Source: Octopus bimaculoides
Taxonomy: Eukaryota
Length of the DNA stretch: 64,000 nt
Assembly (NCBI RefSeq): GCF_001194135.2
Contig: NC_068982.1
Span: forward strand, 97,433,425-97,497,424
Direction: 5' to 3'
Position 1 is the first letter of the stretch. Every line of letters begins with the position of its first letter. Shown here piece after piece: positions 55,290-64,000 of the stretch. Both the position numbers and the translations under genes were made by a program. The notes beneath the pieces are model-generated. The model saw only the letters and a program-made list of their open reading frames with translations, had not been told where the DNA came from and ran no database searches.

Positions 55290-56460
55290 AACTAGCCTAA
55301 TTATTAATTCACCTCGTGCCTTCATAATCTATTTAATCCCTAAGCTGCACAAACTAGTCCATCATCTCTACCTGTAGTTATCCCACTGAACTACTCTCCA
55401 GCTAAACATGATAAACTTATCTTCACATATCAAGACTATCATCCTTGCCCTCAATCTTATCAACTCTTTCTTCTTCTTTCATCCTTATAATTCCTATTGA
55501 CCGTGAAAGTAAAATCCTTGTATAACGTAATTTCCAAAACAATGAACTCTTAATTCTTAAACGTTTGGTTCCCACTTTTCACTTTGAATCTTATATTATC
55601 CCCCCAACTCCACTCGACTGAACTCGTTCTTTCCCTCGTCTGTATCTCCTTCAACCAGCTCTACGTACAAATTGCTACGCGGGGTAGGTTAGCCTCTAGA
55701 TCGGCCAAACTTTACGTAGGCCATATTGAAGCGACGATGTTGCCTAGTTCTCCGATCCTTCCCCTGAGATCTACAATCGTTACAATGGCATCTGCATCAG
55801 CATAACTGCATTTTCTAGAGAACCTCTGGTTTTGCCAACAGATTCCGGCCATCTTTGGGATTCACCTCAATCATTTGACTGCAGCCATGCTAGAGCACCG
55901 CCTTAAAGGGTTTTAGTCGAAGAAATCGACCTCAGAACTTATCCTGTATAAGCCTAGTACTTATCTTATACGTTACTTTTACCGAACCGCTAAGTTACGG
56001 GGACATAAACACACCAGCATCAGTTGTCAACCGATAGTGGGGGAGAGGGGACAAACACAGTCACGCACAAATACATACATACATACATACATACATACAT
56101 ACATACATACATACATACATACATGCATACATCCATACATAAATACATACATAGATACATACATATATATATGACGCGCTTCTTTCAGTTTCGTTTACCA
56201 AATCCACTCACAAGGCTTTGGCTGGCCCGAGGCTATAGTAGAAGACATTTGCCCAAGGTGCCCACGCAGTGGGACTGAACCCGGAAGCATGTAGTTGGGA
56301 AACAAGCGTCTTACCACACAGCCACGCCTATGCCTATCTATACGCCTATACGTCTTAAAATTATTTCTCTCTTTACTAAGGAGATGCTGACTCCCCTGCA
56401 TCCATTTGCCTCCTTCCTTCCTTCCCACTCACACTAAACTGCTACACCATACTTGCTGTT
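55290..56460 (+). pseudogene. Decayed Penelope-like element reverse transcriptase, split by a SINE at 55867-56335
   Basis: PRAFIIYLIPKLHK (cf. FYxLPKIHK); SFNQLYVQIATRGRLASRSAKLYVGHIE (cf. FxGxFYxQxxGxAMGxxxxPxxANLFxGxxE); EIYNRYNGICI (cf. YxRYIDD, with DD lost); FRPSLGFT; after the SINE, DS..SHSHTK (cf. PTDSHxYL..SSHP). Confidence 0.7.
55867..56335 (-). mobile_element. SINE family B, full length with internal (CATA)n
   Basis: Minus-strand head GGCGTGGCTGTGTGGTAAGACGCTTG..TCCGGGTTCAGTCCCACTGCG; 3' end ..GGCGGTGCTCTAGCATGGCTGCAGTCAAATGA. Confidence 0.93.
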
Positions 56461-56981
56461 TAACCTATTAATATTTTAATGTCTTGGATAATATTTTTTT
56501 GGCAACACGTGTTTTGTTCATTGCACCTTTGTACGAGAATTTTCAAACGTGCACTATGCAAATTAGCTTTGGAATTGTGGCTAAGTTCTGGCTTGTGTTT
56601 GATTTAAAGGCTCGTAACAATTTACATTATTAATTTCTGCAAAAAAAAAAAATTAATGCGATTTTCGTAATTAGCATGCAAAACTACATCAGTGTAGAAA
56701 ATTTGAACAAAATTGGACTACAAACGAACGAAAAAGCGAATGTGTGCATGTATGTGTGTATGTGTGTGTGTATACACGCACATACACACACACACACACA
56801 CACATATACGTACTGATATAATATACATGTCCGTACATACACAAATGTACAGACGTATATATGCATATATATATATATAAATTATATATATATAGATATA
56901 GATACATATATATACATATATATATGTAAGTATATAAATATATACACAAACATACGTACATACATACATGCATATATACAT

Positions 56982-57028
<47 letters not shown>

Positions 57029-60000
57029 NNNNNNNNNNNNNNNNNNNNNNNNNNNNNNNNNNNNNNNNNNNNNNNNNNNNNNNNNNNNNNNNNNNNNNNN
57101 NNNNNNNNNNNNNNNNNNNNNNNNNNNNNNNNNNNNNNNNNNNNNNNNNNNNNNNNNNNNNNNNNNNNNNNNNNNNNNNNNNNNNNNNNNNNNNNNNNNN
57201 NNNNNNNNNNNNNNNNNNNNNNNNNNNNNNNNNNNNNNNNNNNNNNNNNNNNNNNNNNNNNNNNNNNNNNNNNNNNNNNNNNNNNNNNNNNNNNNNNNNN
57301 NNNNNNNNNNNNNNNNNNNNNNNNNNNNNNNNNNNNNNNNNNNNNNNNNNNNNNNNNNNNNNNNNNNNNNNNNNNNNNNNNNNNNNNNNNNNNNNNNNNN
57401 NNNNNNNNNNNNNNNNNNNNNNNNNNNNNNNNNNNNNNNNNNNNNNNNNNNNNNNNNNNNNNNNNNNNNNNNNNNNNNNNNNNNNNNNNNNNNNNNNNNN
57501 NNNNNNNNNNNNNNNNNNNNNNNNNNNNNNNNNNNNNNNNNNNNNNNNNNNNNNNNNNNNNNNNNNNNNNNNNNNNNNNNNNNNNNNNNNNNNNNNNNNN
57601 NNNATTGTATAAATATCAATTATCATATCGTGTATGCCTTTTCTATCACAGTTTCCCTTGTATGAGGGTCGCTATTATATTTCCTGGGAGAAAAAATGCT
57701 TAGTTTTAATGATTATAATTGCTACTGAGAAAGTGAACTGCAGGCGACCTAAATATCTTTGTTATATTTCAGAGTACTGGTGGGGTGATTATTTATCCAA
57801 TATGTACCCACTAATTAATCGATAGGAGCTAGTTAAATAGCATCTTTATAACTTATGTAGATCAATAACTAATCAAGCTCACTAAATATAACCCAAGCTC
57901 AACAGAAGAGCGTAAAAAATAGAATCGATGAATATTTTTACAAATTGTTCTTCCTTTTTGAAATTGGCCTGAGATGATGATAGTTATTCATTATAATGAT
58001 AAATATCTTCCTTTTGTGTCCAATTTATCATCATTTTGAATGAAACTGTTCTTTAACGAACACTCAGTAAATATACATTATAAAACACCTTAAGAAAATC
58101 ATCGTCTGCTATCCAACAGTGTAAACTCTCGCCTGAAAATGATTAATTTTAGAAAAAATCAATATCAATAAGTAGCTATATAGATATTTCATTGTTTACT
58201 GGAACAGAACCTTTATTTAATATTCTGACACTCAACTTCTTTGTTGGAGTTCAAACTATTTTAAGCACTCTGTTTTAGTCTGTCCTACAAAGTTCAAGAA
58301 TAAAATACTTATCAATATGGAAATAGACAGCTGTTACAAATATGATATCCACCAACTATTCAGTAATATTAATCATTCTTGATTTCATTGATTGTTAACA
58401 AAACCTTACAGGAAGATCTATTGGAACTATGTAACGTTCGCGTTTTTCCTAAAAGCATAAGGTGTATAAATGAAATGAAATGAAATGCTTTCAACTCGAA
58501 ATGAAATTCTTGTTGTGTTCTATTCTGTCAGAAGAATTTTTTTTACTCCCCCGCTGCTCACCATTGTGCTAATAATAGCAAGAATGTCTTTCTTAAGTCC
58601 CTATTTCTTTCTTGCCTTAACAAGAAATATGCCTTTTGTGAAGTGAGTACAAAATGAGATGTGATTTATTAATATACAACTAATCAGGCATGGCTGTCTT
58701 GTTGGGAAGTTCGCTTGTCAACCACACGATTCCTGGTTCAATTCCAATGCATAGAACTTTAGGCAAATGATTTTCAAATGAAATTTGCTTGACAGTGACT
58801 TTTGGAAGTTTATCGCATTTCTGTATTATAATGGAGAAAGCTGCTTATTAATTAGGTATATAATAGTAACTAAAAGAAAAAAGCAATTATTAAAGGCTTG
58901 ACCGTCTGGAAATTTTTTTATAAAGTCATGTTCCAAGAAATTTCCTATAATTTCGATTTCCAAAGTTTATTGAATTTTTGAACTCCAATTTTTTTCACAA
59001 ATTTAAGTATTCGTTGCATTCACTGTGGAATATTCCGTTTTCACTTGCAAAGTCTCTCATTCTCTATTTCAGTGTTTTCATTTCAAGTTTTAATTCGCTA
59101 TTTCCAAAACTAACAGTTTATTCTATACACGTAGTATAAAAATATTATTCATTGAATGAAATCTTTTTATATACCGTTATATTTTTTTGTAAAAAAAAAA
59201 TAAAGAAGTGATTTTGTTGTTAGGGCTGTTTGGAACGCTATAAGCGTCACAATAATAAGTGTCCGGACCGATTTAGGCCATTTTCTTTTTAACCTAAAAA
59301 CCATGGGAGGAGCCTTTCGGTAAAAGAAAAGAAATTGTAAATAGTTGCAGAGGAAAGGGTGAACAATTCAAGGGAGGTTGGCTTTTGCTTCTAGCACAAC
59401 CCAAGTTACCCTCCATTTTCACTTGCACATGTATTGATGTTTTTTTCAATATTTTTCTCCCATTAAACACATTCTATGGAAAGATGATGCCGAAGTACGC
59501 ATGGTCCATTTGTGGAATATAAGCAACAAAAAAAAAATTCTAATCTAATTTTTTACCCCCACCTCAATCAAGCGAAGCTCTGTGTGTGTGTGTAACAAAA
59601 AACATTTTCTAATAGAAAAGTATGCTATTAAAATGAATTATCGTTTACGTAACTCTTTTTAAAAATCACTGGATAAATGCCAGCAATGACCTCAGGCTCT
59701 CCAATATTTTAAATTATAAACAGAAACAATCGGCGGCAGGGAGTGGAGTTGCAACAAAATCATAATTTTCAAATTTTATTTTTTATAGCATATAAATGTA
59801 TCTATGGGGAGAAAAATATTAAAAAAAACATTAATACCTGCAAGAGTGATAAAAAAAAGGAGGAGGGTTGTCTTCAGATATGCTAAAAACAACAGCCAAA
59901 TCTCTCTTAAATCACTCACTTTTCTCTCTGAAAATATTAACAATTTTTCAAAATTTTTACCGAAAAAGTTTTGAAGTGCAAAAAAATTGGCCAAAATAGG

Positions 60001-60132
60001 TCCGGAGTGGGGATGATGAGAGAGGTGGGGTGGGTTGTAAAAAATATTCAAAACTTCTTTTCATACAAAGATGCCTCTATTCATTCAGTTTGTTGATTCC
60101 TTCAGTTTTACTTCGAAACGGCGGAGGGTAAA

Positions 60133-60216
60133 GACACTGATGAAACTGCACCAACCATGATGTTAGGATGTATATCCAACAGTGTGCAGTCACTGCAGTT
60201 GAAGCACGTGTAGGTC
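60133..60216 (+). ncRNA. Hammerhead-ribozyme-like motif (intact CUGAUGA, GAAA->GAAG)
   Basis: GACA-CTGATGA-AACTGCA-(43 nt)-TGCAGTT-GAAG-CACGTG-TA-GGTC: 7-bp stem II, palindromic CACGTG stem III, GUA triplet, weak stem I. Confidence 0.4.
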
Positions 60217-60588
60217 CAGTAAAGATGCTGTAAATAACTGGTAAATAAAATTATGGATGCGAAAAATCTCCGTTCTCCTTATCATTATTAAAACTATTAC
60301 TTACTCTACGAAAATATGCAGTCCTGAACAGGACACTCGAATTTACCCAGCAAGAAAAGTTACCAGAGCCTAGCTCGGATACCACATTGTTGTGGTTAGC
60401 TGGCATTTGAAATCGACCTGAGAGGAAACACGGTAACCGCTATGATAATATATCCCTTTAAACTCAGTTTGATATATATATATATATAATGAAAAAAAAC
60501 GTGATTTACTCCATCGTTACTCAGCGGTTCACAAACATACACGATGAATATATGTGCGACCTGTCAGACAATATTGCAAATAATTGTA

Positions 60589-60657
60589 AAAATGGCGTAA
60601 GGTGTGAAAGCACTTGAACGATTGGTTCTCATTGGTTAATGGAGAGCAGGTGATTGG
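60589..60657. promoter_or_regulatory. Cluster of three ATTGG (inverted CCAAT) boxes plus YY1-like AAAATGGCG
   Basis: ATTGG at 60621, 60631 and 60653; AAAATGGCG at 60589-60597. No transcript evidence. Confidence 0.25.
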
Positions 60658-62469
60658 ATTTATTGCTGATTTACGGATACGATTTCTGTTCTTATACTAC
60701 TTTATTGAAGAGGAAAGCAACTCTGTCGATTTCTATCGCCCCAAAGGAGACATATTCCTGAAAGTTGCTGAAACTAGCTAATACTAAAGTTTTTTTATGG
60801 ATTGTGACCATTGGACGGCTGGAAATTTTCCAAGTGGTCCTCCTACATCTAGAAATTAATAGTGTTTTGAAACGCTTGATAACTATTCTAAATATATGTC
60901 CCTTAAGAAGGTCACGCTGTCAATCAATCAGTTAGAAATAAGTTAAATCATCTCCAAATTACCGTTCAAAAAACTGAAGCGCAATTTGGATAATGAAATC
61001 CAAGATATACTACATCTGAAAAGATGGAAATCGCCATACCGTAACACTTTTTTTTATCATGGAACTACTCGGCTATAGCTGATATAAGACTAAAAGGAAA
61101 ACAACGAAAAAAACCCTCCCAAAAATGAACAATAAAATTACATGCTATGAAGCATCATTAAATTTGGTTACTTGTTCCCAGTCTATAGGCTATTAAGATT
61201 ATGTGTCCTCTGTTGTTGTTTGGCGATCCGAATTAAAATGTTTGCGTTGATAGTTACTTGCTACCAGCTAGAGTATTTCATAAGTTAATAAAAATATATT
61301 TCATTTGTTGTTTGACAGACTGTGTAATTAGTTATTCGCTTGAGAGTTGCTTGTAAAACTGTAATTAATTGTTAGTCTTAGTTGCTAAACAAATTCATCA
61401 GTCACAAAGAAGTTATTTGAGTAGAAGTTCGATTGCTAGCATCGTAATTGTTTTTAAGTTAGATTGATTGGTTGGTAAGAGCGTCTAGTGAGTGTATTTC
61501 ATTCGATGTTCAAAAGTTGCTTGTATTGATGGACAGAGGTATACTTTTATCTATTGACTGAAACTGTGTCGTAAACAGAAGGTTTCTTCAATCGCCAGCA
61601 AAGTTGGTTAAGGAGCGAAAGTTGTTCATTTTGAAATCATTTCTAACACAAAATTGTTGGAGCAAGAAAGCAAAAAGCCCTTGTATAGTCGATCTATTTT
61701 CTAGATGTAGCGACCAAATCCTCTTCAAGTAAATAAAAAAACCCAATCGGCTTAAAAATAGGATGATAAAGTCTCACGTAGCCATGAAAATATGGGAATG
61801 AGCATAGCCAGAGTGCTTTTGATCATGTTTCCTCGATTAGGCTAAACAACAACAAATACAACAATTGAAGCAAGACATTAATGCTTTCAGTATACATTTC
61901 TATCTATACTAACGTCACTTATTGGATTCTTGTTCAAAGTACTAAAATGGCTCCCATTCTATATTTGAAAAATGCTTCTAAAATACAATTGAAACCAATA
62001 ATGATTTCTTTTCACAAGACGATGTTGGATAGCATGTTCCGAAAGAAATATTGTGACGTCCTTACCTTTTCAGTTGTGACAGGATTACTCAATTGTCTAA
62101 TATTTAAAAACCAAATATTGACAGAAACACACGCGCTTCTTATGGACAGCGGACATATGAAATTCTTATATTCTTATATTCTTTATGTATGGAATGCTTA
62201 AGAGTTTTCAATATTTTTCCTTGCCAATTCCATATAATAAACTTAATAACAATCATATTACAAAACTTGCATTTTTTGTCGAAGGATAAAAATCAACATT
62301 AGCTATACAACTTTTTATAAAAGGAGAAATATTGTATTCTCTGTGCATACTGAGATACCACAGACCTTGAGCAAGAAAGAAAAACAAAGCTGTTAGCTTG
62401 ATAGGCAAACAACCGACACACTATTAGAATTTATTCATCATCTTTTTTTCTTTTCTTCCGCTAAAATTA

Positions 62470-62900
62470 ACACTAACACAAACTCTGTTACTTCGAATCA
62501 CAAAGGGGGCATCGAAGCAATCACAACTAGGAAAAACAGCCAGACGTCTTTCCCATAACACAATATACCGTATTAAAGAGAGCACATTAGATGCATTACA
62601 TCTGAAGAAAAAACAGATAGGGATGGTCACAGTAAGACCATATTCGCTCATAGGACTTCTCAGCCAGAGAAAAGCTGGGAATAAACACCACATTAGTAGC
62701 AAAAAACAGATTCTGTTACTTCGAAATTGTTAATTCAATTTCGTCTCATCCATGTTGCCTCCTTCTCAACATAAACTCTATTTCAAACTGGCTTTATTTC
62801 CCGGAATACCAAATGCACAGTATCACATGTTTGTCCACGTTTTCTATCGAACAGTTCACCAACAGCAGTTTAAATTGAATATTAATCATATCAACCTTTC
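62470..62900 (+). pseudogene. Decayed CR1-like LINE ORF2 3' end
   Basis: ITKGASKQ..LG, TLDAL, LLSQRK, then QQQFKLNINHINLSH, the same C-terminal motif as ~16575-16620. Confidence 0.45.
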
Positions 62901-63286
62901 CCATCAACTGTCATCGGTCTACCACATTCTAGAAGACCCTGAAAAGTCTATGTACAGTACCTCATCATCCAAAACTTAATAAATAATATGTAGACATCCA
63001 AAACGTTACCTCTAAATTGAGCAGTGTATGTGTGTGTATGTCGTTATAAATATAGATACAAATGCATGCATACATACATACATACATATGCATACGTTTT
63101 TCATCATCGATGACTAGAATGAATTAACATTCGCAATTGAGAAAATAAATAATCTCATCGTTTGTATATATTTCGTGCATACACTGCATATCTAAAAATA
63201 CAATTTTGATACATTATATGCATACATTTTTAGACAGATGCAACAATAGTTTAATACACAAATACGTATCGATACACATACATGAG

Positions 63287-63328
<42 letters not shown>

Positions 63329-63424
63329 CGTGTTTGCATATGTTTCTATCTTAACACATACATATCTACACACACATATGTATATGTATATATAATATAT
63401 ATGCATAATGCATGTATATATATA

Positions 63425-63482
<58 letters not shown>

Positions 63483-63952
63483 TGCATACATGCACACGCA
63501 CACACGCATATCTATCTGTCTGTCTATCTATCTATCTATCTATCTATACATACATACATACATACATACATACATAGAAAGAGAGAGGGAGAGAGGTAGG
63601 GAGAGAGAATGAGGTACACAGTGAATAAGAAATAATGGCTAACTAAATTTCTGTATGTTTACTAAAACATCGGGATACATACCGGAATTCAAAAATAGGT
63701 ACTCACATAAATAAGCACATATGTGTATAAGTTTAGACATATGTATGCACACACTCACGCACACGCACACGCACACAACACACAGACACACAGACACACA
63801 TACACACACACGTACGGACACGGACACACATATATATTATGTATACACATATGTGCACATTTGTATATGCATGTATATACATGTACCTACACATGTATAT
63901 ATGTGTATGTATGTATGTAGGCATACAAATATATATATATATGCATATATGC

Positions 63953-64000
<48 letters not shown>

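Noticed and set aside
62484-62725. 14-bp direct repeat TCTGTTACTTCGAA (62484, 62712) as a possible TSD
   Set aside because: LINE-like homology continues past the second copy and there is no tail before it, so it does not delimit an insertion.

Overview
AT-rich, repeat-dense eukaryotic genomic DNA with no host protein-coding gene, rRNA, tRNA gene or CRISPR array that I can support; it reads as intronic or intergenic sequence. The tRNA-derived SINE families, (AAT)n-tailed repeats and very high TA/TG/tetranucleotide microsatellite load match what I recall of Octopus genomes. The eight N-gaps, most flanked by microsatellites, suggest a short-read scaffold such as O. bimaculoides. The species call is from memory and was not checked. 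Most ORFs in the supplied track are artefacts of microsatellites or N-runs. The real coding-like signal comes from decayed mobile elements: several Tc1/mariner derivatives (one a fold-back), a Tigger 3' end, a pogo-type pseudogene, an RTE LINE, an R4/Dong-type RLE LINE 3' end, a Penelope RT remnant and several old CR1-like LINE fragments. Best leads: (i) three separate Penelope-type minimal hammerhead-ribozyme-like motifs, each with a core substitution; (ii) an unassigned ~240-codon frameshifted ORF at 52651-53365 containing an internal tandem domain duplication conserved at the protein level; (iii) a palindromic MITE with a perfect 8-bp TSD, internal degenerate TTAGGG repeats and CCAAT/TGACGTC motifs in both arms; (iv) modular SINEs with different heads on a shared body. 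All family assignments come from motif recognition by eye, with no database search.
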